DNA from: Eledone cirrhosa
Taxonomy: Eukaryota
NCBI GenBank assembly: GCA_964016885.1
Contig: OZ024743.1
Coordinates: 358,298,001-358,362,000, forward strand
Reading direction: 5' to 3'
Length of the DNA stretch: 64,000 nucleotides
This document shows, piece after piece, positions 48,763-63,056 of the stretch; positions within the stretch are counted from its first letter, which is position 1; each line of letters starts with the position of its first letter. The notes beneath the pieces were generated by a model. The model made no database searches and was not told the DNA's origin. It was given only the letters and a program-made list of their open reading frames with translations. Both the position numbers and the translations under genes were made by a program.

Positions 48763-48915
48763 AATATGTGTGTGTCTGTCTATGACCAATGTATATAGAT
48801 CACAGACACCCACATATATAGATCACAGACACCTACATATATACACACACACATACATAATTTTTTTTTTTATATTTTGAAGTGAACGTGACCAAACGGG
48901 TCACGGGCGGGCTAG
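48438..48915 (+). mobile_element. Non-autonomous Helitron
   Basis: A|TC 5' start (TCTGTATACTACTAAAA), subterminal hairpin cgtgacc-aaacg-ggtcacg, CTAG|T end. Confidence 0.65.
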
Positions 48916-48927
48916 TATAATAATAAT

Positions 48928-49114
48928 TGTTTCTACTTTTGGCACAAGGCCACCAAATTACCCAGTGCATTACTGGTACTTTATTTTATCGACGCTGTAA
49001 GGATGAAAGACAAAGTTAACCTCGGCGGGATTTGAACTCAGAATGGCAAGGGCCATAACTCTATGCGTCAAAGCATGGCGTCCGACCCTCTACCGATACT
49101 GCCAATCCACCGCC
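48928..49114 (-). mobile_element. Full-length Nin/Deu-domain SINE, followed by an older copy to ~49310
   Basis: A and B boxes; gtataataataat duplicated on both sides. Confidence 0.87.
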
Positions 49115-49339
49115 ATGTATAATAATAATGATTTCTAATTTTGGCAGAAAGCCAACAATGGGAAGGGTAAGGCAATTATATCTACCCCAGTGCTTGACTG
49201 CTATTTTATTTTATTGACCATAAAAAGAATGAAAAGCAAAGTTAAACTCAGAATGTAAAGGGCCGGGATAAATACCACAAAGCCTTTTATCCTTTGTTCT
49301 AATGATTTTGCCAAGCGTATAATATGTTTATGTATAATA

Positions 49340-49535
49340 TCTTCTTGTGACGCTAAATTCAGCCAGTTGCAGACTGCGCATCAACATGAGATATTTTTCT
49401 CCACAAAGTTCGATCACCTGCAGCAGAGTTTAAAGAGTAAATATCAAGTCCAGTCCATAAGTTGACATTATCAAGCCATCGTTTTGGCTGCCGGCCTCTG
49501 CTTCTCTTACCAGTCAACCTTCCTTCCAGATTCTA
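49340..49535 (-). mobile_element. RTE-clade LINE 3' fragment
   Basis: LEGRLTGKRSRGRQPKRWLDNV...AGDRTLWRKI. Confidence 0.72.
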
Positions 49536-50048
49536 GGCATAACCTACTCACACCAAGAGTACTCAAACTATACGGTCATATAAAAAGATCAGCTCGTGGT
49601 GTGAGTAGGTTATGTATAATATACTTAACTCTATATCCGCTTTTATTCTGAATCACTCTGTATTAGTACTATCACTAATTAATACGAGCCGGTCAATCTT
49701 GCACTGTAAGTGAATAAATTTGTTTTACAAAATCTATAAGACTTTCAAGTATATCGTACTACAGTGTCTCGGAATAAGAGCCTGCTACTGGTAATAATTC
49801 TGAAATACGTGTAGACAGTGCCCTTTCAGAGATACTAAGATAGCTACGATATGATCACAACTTAAAATACTCACGGTCAGACTATGTATGAATATATTGT
49901 ATATAGGTCCTCTTGCACTTTTATTTTCAATTACTCTGTTTTAGTTGAAATTCCGTTGGGTGAATCGCGCGTCCTTGAAGATGGTTTGCTAATTTGTAGT
50001 GGACCTAACTTAATGCCGAGAATATTTAAGCAGCACCTCGTGTATATA

Positions 50049-50227
50049 CCGTATTTCCCGGCGCTAAAGACGCTTCGTCCTCGAGGACGCACCCTAACTT
50101 TGACAACCAAAAATTTGAAAAAAAAATAATAAAGAACCTTCGGCCTCCAGGACGCATCTTACATTTTTTTAGCCTTGTTTTAGGGAAAGAGTAGCGTCTT
50201 CGACGCCGGGAAATACGGGAAATACGG
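50049..50227. mobile_element. Tc1/mariner-pogo type MITE
   Basis: TIRs CCGTATTTCCCGGCG...CGCCGGGAAATACGG, TA on both sides; right terminus has a 9-bp duplication. Confidence 0.8.
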
Positions 50228-50389
50228 TATACATTCTTTTATTATTCTTTTACTGGTTCCATAGGTTAGACTGGGGCAGTAAAGGGATTTTTGTCGAACT
50301 GCTTAACTACGAGACAAAAACACACGCACAGAAACAAATGTAAACACAGACACTGACAGGCATGCACCCATACATGTATATACATATAT

Positions 50390-50546
50390 ACGATGGGCTG
50401 TAGTTTCCGTCTATCAAATTTCACTCCCAAGGCATTAGTGAACTCGAGGCTATAGCAGAAAACATTACCCAGGGTGCTACAAAGTGTGACGGAATCCAAA
50501 ACTACTTGGCTACGGGGTGAACTCTTTAACTACATAGCTATGCCTG
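50390..50546 (-). mobile_element. Old SINE-like repeat
   Basis: Degenerate tRNA-like head followed by ctatagcctcgag...gtgaaatttgatagacggaaact. Confidence 0.5.
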
Positions 50547-51034
50547 TGCCTATTATATGTGTGGGCATGTACAAATATAAATATATTTATATATATGTGT
50601 GTGTATATAAACACTTCATTTTATATATGTGTATGAATAAATGGGTTTTCATATTGCCATTAGCACACATATACGCACGCATACTGATATCCGCAAAACA
50701 AAAGATTAAAGCCAAAAATAAGGCAAAATACAAAAAGAAAAGAGGCAACATTTTGTTGGAAATGTTCGCACGCCTCAACACACATACATCCACACATATA
50801 TAATCACCCATATGCTCAGACACTTACAACGAACTAAAAAACCATATATATAAACTATTTTATTATATAGACATTACATTTCTGAAGCTCCGGATTAAGA
50901 TTGTGATAAAATAAAATAAAAAAGCGTCTAATGACTTTTTAAATAATATTGCTGTTAGCTTAGTCGCCTGGCGTTAACAATAGGTGCCTTATTAGATTTA
51001 CTGAAATATGCTGGGCTATAAGGAAATATAGAGA

Positions 51035-51220
51035 TTGCATCGTTATCATCATCATCATCTTCATCATCAGCATCATCATCTTCATCATCAACATCATCAT
51101 CATCATCATCAACATCATCAACATCATCACCATCATCATCACCATCATCAACATCATCATCATCATCATCATCATCGTCGTCGTCGTCGTCATCATCATC
51201 ATCATCATCATCATCATCAA
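51035..51220. repeat. (CAT)n microsatellite
   Basis: Direct inspection. Confidence 0.95.
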
Positions 51221-51751
51221 CAATACAACAATAAAAACATTAACACTACCATCCTCATGACATGAAAAACAATTCAATACGCATATGTACACACGCACTC
51301 ACACACACATACATACATACATGCATATATGATGGCTGCCCCCTCGTTATCGAGTATGGCCATTGCACGATATAATATTATTAATAATTATCAATTAATT
51401 CTATCATGCAATGCCTGTGCGTGAAGATTTTTTTTTTAAAGTGAGGAAAGACTGTGCACTGAGCCAATCCCAGTCTCTGAGCAACGGTAGCTATAACCCG
51501 AAAAGAAGAAAATATCAACATCATCGGTAACTACTGAGCCGCAGCTTTTATGTTGGAGTTATCCCATTTTCCTGAGTTGCCTTCTCCTAGAAGACTGCCC
51601 TGACAAAGGCTAGGGTTTAACCGGTAGTTTAACTGCGCGATTGGGTATCCAGCCCGATTGTTTCTATACACATACATACATACATACATACATACATACA
51701 TACATACATACATACATACATACATACATACATACATACATACATACATAC

Positions 51752-52357
51752 ATGGTGGCTGCCAACTCGTTTTCGAGTACGGCCACTACTTTATATCCAT
51801 GTAGGAGAACCCCTACCGATGCGCTGAACGACTGTGACTTTTTAGTCCAGCCAGCGACTGGAAAACTCTGGTACAAACACTACACTTGTGACAATTATTG
51901 ACAGATAGTGCTGGGCCCATGGTACCATGTGACAACAAGTGCAGAGAATCTCCAGATATAAAGCAATGCCTGTGCCTGAAGCTTTTATAGTGAACAAAGG
52001 CACTGCACAAAGCCAGTCTCACTCTCTTAACCAAGACGATATTTACCAAAAAGAAGAACAAGTCAACATCATTGGATACCATCAGGGTTGCAGGTGTTAT
52101 ATCAGAGTTTTCCTTCTCCTAGAATTCTGCCTTGACAAAGGCTAAGGGGTCATCTCTCCCGGTGATTTTGGATGGCCATTGACTCTAAAGAGCTCCTTTG
52201 CCCTTTGACAGGTTTTGTTTTTAGTCCTGCAGGATGTCCAAAGTCACCCTCTTCACCAAGAAACCTTGGTGGGGTTGCCAGTTTAGTCGCCAATGACCCG
52301 ACCATGAGACAGGTTGTACTGGGATACATGTTACCAGTAGCACTAACTGGTGACCTG
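51752..52357 (-). mobile_element. RTE-derived non-autonomous element between (TACA)n runs; second partial copy at 52749-52999
   Basis: C-terminal C2H2 motif CSVCTRVFQSLAGLKSHSRSAH*, short 3' UTR, (ATGT)n tail. Confidence 0.65.
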
Positions 52358-52716
52358 ACATACATACATACATACATACATACATACATACATACATACA
52401 TACATACATACATACATACAGTAAAAATATGTAAGACATTCCAAAATTTTGCATCTAATAACTGCATATACACATATACAGATGCAAAGCATATACACAT
52501 GCACACATACAACTCAAAACATACACATCCACACATACAATAGCATCCATATCTACACATGCATACATACCTACCTAGTTGATGTTGTGTAAATTCCAAT
52601 GAGAGAGTCTTGTGTCTATGTTAGAAACCGACTCTCTCTCTATTGGTAAAACTTTGTGAAATTATAAAACCAGAATAACATACATACATACATACATACA
52701 TACATACATACATACA

Positions 52717-52749
<33 letters not shown>

Positions 52750-53048
52750 CGTGGCTGCCAACTCGTTTTCGAGTACGGCCACTACTTTATATCCATGTAG
52801 GAGAACTCCTACCGATGCGCTGAACGAGTGTGACTTTTTAGTCCAGCCAGCGACTGGAAAACTCTGGTACAAAAACTACACTTGCGACAATTATTGACAC
52901 ATAGTGCTGGGCCCATGGTACTATGTGACGACAAGTGCAGAGAGATCTCCTGATGTAAAGCAATGCCTGTGCCGTGAAGCTTTTATAGTGAGCAAAGGCA
53001 TACATACATACATACATACATACATACATACATACATACATACATACA

Positions 53049-53080
<32 letters not shown>

Positions 53081-53589
53081 CATGCACTCCTCGAGATGAG
53101 GCCTTCGCGAATTACGACTACTCGCAGTTACACATCCGCATTTTCACTTGCCATCTATTATGTTCCAGCTGTAAAATTCATACGTATCTCCGAATAGCCT
53201 CATCACGTTCTTTCGGAATCATTCATACTCCAGTAAACATATCACAATTTACATCGCTTAGCTTCTAGATATTTACTACTTCCAAATATGTCGTCAAAAG
53301 GAAGATTTTACCATCTACTAATACTCCTGACAAAAAGTAGAGAAAACCACTTCATTTTGAATTTAAATATAATTAACCAGCATGAAGTAAGTGAGGAGTA
53401 AATGCTACAGGACGATATTTACAGTTGTCTCATGGTACCATGGTCAATGAGGTACACCCGAGACGTGGTCATTACTAGTTGAAAACTATTCCCAACTATC
53501 TCCACTCTTGTTAAAGTCAAAGAAATAGTATTTTGGATGCAGTAACATCTTGGCCACCATGCAATCAACAAGGACCTATATGTGAAATG

Positions 53590-54045
53590 AAAAAGTTGTT
53601 GGATGGAAGACTGGATTAAAGAATATGTGTAACCGTAACAACTAACAATTCAAGCTAAGGCTCGAAGTATTTTCGAAACTTAGAAGAACCGAATAGGATA
53701 TGAATATATGGAAAACATCCAAGCTACCAATGGATGGCTTAATAGGATCCGTTCGCCGAGGGAAGGGGCACTAGATGGTTTTGCATCCCCTTCTATTCAA
53801 TGGTACACCCTCAATTTCAGAAAACGTTATGGAGCTAAACATATTCCGAAACTCCACCTTAGAATTAATGCAAATTATAGAGCCCACACAAAATGTTCTG
53901 AAGCCGAACCCTTTCACCCCACCCCCACAAGCACTAAAGCCTAAGGATGGGCTTTGGTTTAATAGCTAAAAAAAATATGCGAATAACAGGAGTAGTTAAT
54001 ACCGATGTAAAAGCAGCTGAGAAGTTTATTGAAACTTTGGATTAT
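53590..54045 (+). mobile_element. Decayed pogo/Tigger transposase fragment, interrupted
   Basis: IQAKARSIFE, QATNGWLNR, NMRITG...DVKAAEKFIETL (CENP-B HTH region). Confidence 0.55.
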
Positions 54046-54249
54046 TTAATTTTAATCTATCGCTTTTCTTCAAGAGGCTTTTAGGAGGAATCGATGGATA
54101 ATCTTTATAATGCTTCTATTCTTCTCTCTATTTGTATCAATCTGAAATCTCTGAATATTTGTACATATATCCACTAGGTCCGAACATAAAAGAGTCAAAC
54201 TCCCACCGTCACTACCTCCACCTCTCTCGCTCTTTCCCTCTCTTACTAT

Positions 54250-54460
54250 TATGAGCAAACTGGGGCCTACGCGCTGGCTGCCGGAGGATGGTAAAGGAGA
54301 GCCATTCCAGCTCGCGAGGCTCACACCTGCAGGTAGCCAACTCTGTGCCAATGGTAGTGAGCAGGGAGGTGACACCAGAAGTCTCCAAGAATGTTCAGCG
54401 TGGACGAGACGACCTGCATGTCACATCAAAGTTCCTCCACCTAAATCTCTTGATAGCCTC
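54250..54460 (-). mobile_element. Deleted 3' remnant of a CRE-type element
   Basis: LETSGVTSLLTTIGTELATCRCEPRELEWL resembles ORF 56201-56563. Confidence 0.65.
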
Positions 54461-54899
54461 CTTACAGTCCACATCTTGATGCTGTTTCGTCTTACGACTA
54501 ACATCCGAATTTATATCATTCTCTCTATTTCCTTTTGGCTAATTAGTTGCACACTGTACCTCGTTTCATCACTTTTCGTTTTAAGGTAGAAGCAACTTCG
54601 ATTGTACGTACACTTTTTACCTTTTATTTGTGTATTTAATCGAAAATACTCATTGTGTCCTATTTTACCGTATTTTGACGTCATGTTCTGTTGTGTTGCA
54701 ATACCGTGTGCGCTGGAGGAAATTATACTAATTTTAAGACATCGAAATCATAAAGATCTCCAGTAGTTAGCTATGGAGAAAGGGATATGCCCATGCTTTT
54801 CTCTTGTCAGTCCTTGTCGCGTGGGCAATAGATCATGTGATAATATCCACACTCTACATTTCTTAAGTATAGCAAACTTGAATAAAGTCTGACTGATTG

Positions 54900-55593
54900 A
54901 ATAATGGAGTAACATTACTCAATAGAGTACATAGCTGGAGATCAGAGAGTCACTCTAGGTAGAGCCGCTACTTCTCCGAATTGAGAGATCACAGCTTCGA
55001 TACTATGGGTATGTGGTTAAAATGTCTCAGGAAAGAATATGTAGCTCAGAGATCAGAGAGTCACTCTAGGTAGAGCCGCTACTTCTTCGAATTGAGAGAT
55101 CACAGCTTCGATACTATGGGCATGTGGTTAGAATGTCTCAGGAAAGAATATGTAGCTCAGAGATCAGAGAGTCACTCTAGGTAGAGCCGCTACTTCTTCG
55201 AATTGAGAGATCACAGCTTCGATACTATGGGCATGTGGTTAGAATGTCTCAGGAAAGAATCGCTGAACATATTTTACGTGCAAAACCAACCGATATGAGA
55301 TCCAGGAATAGAACCCCGAGCAACATGGTTGGATAGCATCCATGAGCTTGGCTGGTCTCACTTGGAGATCCAGCCGGATCAGTTGGACGCGGTTGCTTAT
55401 GACAGGACCCGTTGGAGGGAGTTTTTGAGGACTCTGCCCCCGCGACCCTCTAGGGAATAAGTGGGCGAAGAAGAAGAAGAAGAAGAAGAAGCAGAAGAAG
55501 AAGAAGAAGAAGAAGAAGAAGAAGAAGAAGAAGAAGAAGAAGAAGAAGAAGAAGAAGAAGAAGAAGAAGAAGAAGAAGAAGAAGAAGAAGAAG
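54900..55593 (+). mobile_element. RTE-clade 3' fragment with a triplicated 111-bp unit and (GAA)n tail
   Basis: EIRESL*VEPLLLRIERSQLRYYGHVVRMSQER repeated at 54933, 55043 and 55154; GAA run 55467-55593. Confidence 0.75.
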
Positions 55594-55769
55594 AGTCGGT
55601 GGACTGTTACTCTGGAGTTTCTCTTGTATCTTACAGTGTCTTTTGCGGGACACTTTTCAATTGTCCTTGAAACGTTTAATCTCTCAACCGACCGGGCGCT
55701 TGCCATGACTGTTCTACATACAGTAGATGTTTTGGTAGTCTGCAGTCAAACATACTGACAATATGACCT

Positions 55770-56004
55770 GTCCATTTGACCTTAGAGGGAGCATTTATAG
55801 CAGAAACCAAATGCAACGCAGTGACTCAGAAGAAGCGTTCCGAACACGGAGCACGAATAGCATCCAATTCTACTGCAGCTCTTACTAACATGTTCCCCCT
55901 ATGTGGGCGTAGTTTCCTTGCCCGAATCGGCCTCACCAGTCAGCGTCGGACCTACACCATAAGATCATCGACCCAACAACACACACAACAACAACAACAA
56001 CAAT
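55770..56004 (+). mobile_element. RTE (BovB-like) 3' end with (CAA)n tail
   Basis: PLCGRSFLARIGLTSQRRT, a degenerate C-terminal zinc finger. Confidence 0.65.
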
Positions 56005-56099
56005 AAACACTATAGTCTTTAGATATTGGATGACTCAAAATTTCAAGATAAAGATGAAAGGAATTAGACGTACCGGATTACTTCTTGGCCCCGTCTTTC

Positions 56100-58680
56100 T
56101 TGGGAATCTGTTACAGTTATTTCACTGTGTCGGACAAAATACATTTACAATCGTTTATATTGTAACGTGTTTAGTTGTTGTCTTCCTGTTTCTTCTACAA
56201 CTACAACGGTACGCGATGGGGCCCACCCACAGCCCCGGCGGACAGAATGGAGAAGGCGTTTCCCCGGAGGACGGCAATGGAGACGCGCTGGAAAAGACAC
56301 TCCAACTCGTGGGGCTCACACCTGCGGCTGGCTAGCTCAGCGCATATGGTGGTGAGTAAGGAGGTAGCCCTAGGGCCGAGGACACCAGAAATCTCCACTG
56401 CCATGGGGTACGACCGCAAACCTGTCGGAGAGCGACCATTATTTGAGGAATTTGACCCCCTCAGACCGACGTGCAGCAGAACCTGGGTCAGTCGCAGACT
56501 GTACCAGGTTGCGGCTGCAGAAAGTGTCGGTACATGTGGCATCCCAGACGAGGGGTTTGCCACCGCGGAACGAGAAGATGGTCATGCCATCTGGGGCTTT
56601 TTGCCGTCCCCTCGATCCAGACCCACCGGCTCGAGCTGGGAAGGGAAACCTGCAGCATCCAAGCCATGCTTAATGACCTCGTTAAGGGCAGCATGGCGTG
56701 GAATGCGGCCGGTACTGTGGCGAAAGGAAAGCGGGTGGAGGCCGAAAGAGTCCACGGTGGAACCGCAGTGACATTGGTGTGGCTGGCAGATCCAGAGGCC
56801 GAACCTCAGGAAAACGCCGATGAGCAAGCTATGGTTATCTAGCTGCGTGCCAGTGGAGAAGGAGGGCAGGGCATGGAGCTAGGCACCACTGTGGGGTTTG
56901 GAGGCCGCACGTAAACAAGCATGCGGTGCTGGTCGAGCTGGCGCGTGAACCTGTCTGAGGCCAGGCTGCACTGGATGTCATCCCAAGTGTGTTGGGGGAC
57001 TTGACGTCAATAGGGGGAGAAGGAGGAGGGACGTCTACTGGGCTAAGTACCAGCCGGTCCCACGTCTCACAGGCGGCCTCACGTTCTCTGAACACAGAGG
57101 GTTCTGTTGTGTTTTGAAAAGCCTGCTGACGAGGACGCGGCACAAGGTTACCGACGAAAGATACGCCAGCAAAGCTAGTGAGATAGGGGACCGGAGGCCA
57201 AGAGCGCCATACCTGACAGGTAAAGTGGCCTGTTGCCACCCTATGTCGTCAAACTTGACGTTGCATATCTCCTCGGCTGCTGCTCAGAGACAAGTATCGA
57301 GGTCGATGAGGAGAGATGTCTGGGTATAGCATGGAGCGCTGCGGAGTGTATAGAGGAGCTTCGGCATGGCTAAGCAGTTCCTTAGCAGAAAGAGAGCTGG
57401 GTGGCCGTCAATCAAGCCCAGTCGGCTCGTGAGAATCTGGAGCTGTTGAAGCATGGACCTGATGGTGGAGCGGATGGCCGGCGGGTGGATCGGTGACTCG
57501 AGGATGATTACATCCTCTTTGGGGGTCACCTGAACCTGGCGGAGAATGGACCGCACGTCCAAGACAGAGGCTGCAAAGCTCGCAGCATCGAGGCTGACGT
57601 TCACCACCTCCGACTTGGCCGAGTTGACCTGGAGACCGATTCCCGCCAGGGCAGGAGCCACCGATTGAAGGTCATGGCAGACCGTCCGCCGGGCCCGCCC
57701 AACGTAGCATCATCCAGATACAAAACGTTGAGAGGGGCCGTGATACTCCGGGCGATGTGGTCAATACCAAGGACGAACAGGAGGGGTCCCAAAGGGTCGC
57801 CCTGTTGGACCCCATAGCCTAGGGTATGACTGTATCAGCAGCAAGGAGCATGCTCGGGGCTCTATATGACAGGTAGGCTAGCGGTTAAGCTGAGGGTGCT
57901 CGGCTCTGGCAGGCCTCGAGCAGATGTTCTCGGCGTAAAGAGTTGAAGGCATTTCTCATGTCAAGCTTGACAATGAGGTGTCTGGATGCCGGTTCCGCTG
58001 GGCAGCTGTTGAAGAACTGCCTGGTTGCATGAGCGGCCCCCTCACAGCCACCAGACACGCCGACACCCAGTTGCACCAGACTAAACTCCTCACCCAGTAC
58101 GTGTGTTACGGACTTGCAGATCACCTTGGCAGCCAGCCTCCGGAAGACATTGCCCACAGCAATGGGGCGTTTGCCACCTTCTTTCTTCCTGAGAGCGGTG
58201 AGGCTGGCCGAAAAAAAGGGGTCTCGGGCGTAAGGGTCCAGGGCGCCATTGATGAGCCTATTGGTGAGCGCCACAATTGCACTCAGAAGGCGGCGCCTCA
58301 GCGGAGAGGGGAGATATCAACTCCTTGAGGTGGCTTGGTCGGAGACCATCAACACCTCCGCAGCTGCTAGCTGGGAAGGGCCTTATGGCGGACATGATGT
58401 CTGCATCAGAAGCCACAAGGAGCAAGTGGGGGTCGGGTGGGAGTATAGGTCTGAGATCAGTGGGTGGCTCAGGGTGTTTTAGTCGCAGAGCAGCCAGGAC
58501 CTCGGTGGGTTGGAGGACAGTGTCCTCTGAGGCAGCAACTCTAACTGCGGCCGAGACATCACCCATGATAACCTTGACGTTTACCTGGTCACGCAAACGC
58601 TTGGTGCTGGCCTCGGGGGTGGAGGATAGGAGGTACCTAAGGGTGGAGTGTGTGGCGTCCCTGGGCACGCTTCGAATCAC
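56100..58680 (-). mobile_element. CRE-clade non-LTR retrotransposon (RT + restriction-like endonuclease), 5'-truncated, frameshifted
   Basis: GGVDGLRP, RPIAVGNVFRRL, QLGVG, KLDMRNAFNSL, GVQQGDP.GPLLF, YLDD, C.CG...H, RHAALN, DGKKP, WDATC, QRVSIAVLRGNA. Confidence 0.88.
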
Positions 58681-58859
58681 TCATTTATATCTTAAGATTT
58701 TCAGCCATCTACTGTCTGAAATCCCTATAAAACACAGAAGAAACTCTAGAGTAATAAGCCATTGGCTCAGCCTTAATAAACTATTAATTTTCACTATAGC
58801 GTTGAATACTTGTTCTTGCATTCTTCAATAATAAACGGATATATGTGTGGTAGCGTAGT

Positions 58860-61050
<2,191 letters not shown>

Positions 61051-61128
61051 AACGAAGGAAGTGTGGCATGGAACCAGGTGGACCATAACGCACCAGAGTA
61101 CTTGATACTTTGGGTTGTAGAGTGATTA

Positions 61129-61251
61129 ATAGGGAAAGAGTCAGAACCCCGACAGCAGAGCTCAAGCCGTTTCGACAACTATTTCTGGAATCCAGAAATA
61201 GCTGTCGAAACGGCTTGAGCTCTGCCGTCGGGGTTCTGACTCTTTTCCTAT
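61129..61251. repeat. 123-bp palindrome made of Penelope terminal-repeat sequence (3' half of a hammerhead)
   Basis: Centre at 61190; right arm has GAAACGGC-ttgagctct-GCCGTC; no CTGANGA. Confidence 0.88.
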
Positions 61252-62510
61252 GTACATTCCTGGTCTCTCCCGCCTTCTCTTTACCCTGGACATCACCTCC
61301 CTCAATACCGTCATCCCTCATGATGACGGCCTCCACGCTCTCCAACAGTTTTTAGACTTACGCCCTACCCCTTACCCCAGCACTACCACTCTTCTCCGTC
61401 TGGCCGAGCTTGTTCTCACCCTCAAGGGATTTTCTTTTTCGGGTGAATTTGATCAACAGGTCTCTGGGGTAGCGATGAGAACTAGAATGGGTCCAAACTA
61501 TGCCAACTTGTTTGTTGGCTACGTCGAAGCCCAGATGGTCTCCCAGTATGCTGGACCGACTCCTGAGCTATACGGTCGTTATATCGACGACTGTATCGGC
61601 GTCACCTCTCTATCACGAGAACAGTTCGACTGTTTTCTTTCTTTTGTCCAATATTTCCACCCTGCTCTCAATTTCACCGCCTCCGCCTCCGATACTTCTC
61701 TCGCTTTTCTAGATATCTCTCTATCTATTAATCACTCTCACCACACCCTCTCTACTTCCATCTTCATTAAACCAACAGACTCCCAATTTTACCTCGACTT
61801 CACCTCCTCCCATCCAACCCACACCAAACACTCCATACCCTATTCCCAATTCCTCCGTCTTCGTCGGCTCTGTAGCCAGGTGACGATTTCGGAACCCATT
61901 CCCTTCACATGGTTTCTTGCTTCATCCAGCGTGGATATCTCTCCACCCTGATACAAGCTGCTCTCACCCGCGCCCGTGAAACAGACCGCACCATAGCCAT
62001 CTCACTTCACCCCGCCCTCCCAACACCCGTGTTCCTTTCCATCTCACCCACCACCCCATCACCCTACCACGCCTGCGACATATCCTCTGTTCCTTCCGTA
62101 TCCTCCCTTGTTCCCGTTCCAGCTACAACACTTGTCCCTTCATTTCCACCCTCATCACTCTTACAGGCACTAACGGGTCTTTCCGTATCCGCCATCCCTT
62201 CACCTGCACATCCACCCACGTTGTCTATGCCCTCCGGTGTTCTCTTTGTGGGTCTTTATATATCGGACAAACGGGACGCCGTATGGCAGACCGTATTGCC
62301 GAACATTTGAGGGACATACGACTCGGTTTGGATACTCCTGTCGCCCGTCATTTCTGTTCTCCTGGTCATTCTTCCCTACATGTTTCAGTCCTGGGTGTCC
62401 TTTTACATCATGGATCACAGGCTTCGCGCACCAGGCCTGAACAAAGTCTGATTCACCGCCTTGGGTCCTATTCCCCTCTTGGACTCAACTCACCTCATCA
62501 ATTTCTCTAA
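61252..62510 (+). mobile_element. Penelope-like element: RT + GIY-YIG, 5'-truncated, frameshifted
   Basis: LFTLDITSL, GVAMRTRMGPNYANLF, RYIDD, FLDI, KPTDS, SSHP, SIPYSQFLRLRRLCS; then VVYALRC..C..LYIGQTGRRMADRIAEH. Confidence 0.92.
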
Positions 62511-62742
62511 TACCCCGTCCATTATCACACCTATCGCTTTCTTTTGATCAATAGCAGCTTCTCTTACAACTAATATATGCCGACTATATATGCTCACTCC
62601 ACTTTTCCCTTCACTGCTCTGTATACACACATACACACCCTGATATTAACATACTTTTGCTCATAGCTTCGTACTTACATGCACACATACTCTTTTACTC
62701 ACATATACACACACTTTTCTTCGTAGCTTCGTACGGACGTAT

Positions 62743-62863
<121 letters not shown>

Positions 62864-63056
62864 CTTACGCACGTGCACAACTTTTTTTACAAAACGTTTT
62901 TTTTTTTCATTTCAGGTAGAGGCGCTCCATCATCCACTTTTCTAAAAAAATATATCATACACAAAACGCCAGCACAACAGTTTTGCAAGAGATGTCAACA
63001 TGAAATGGACCTGTTATTTTTATCTAAAGACTTTTTTCCAATTCCATCCCGCCCGT

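Noticed and set aside
49538-49614. 77-bp inverted repeat with 18-bp arms
   Set aside because: Single copy, no TSD identified; cannot be called a MITE or RNA gene.
50960-51298. Poly-His / poly-Met ORFs
   Set aside because: (CAT)n microsatellite.
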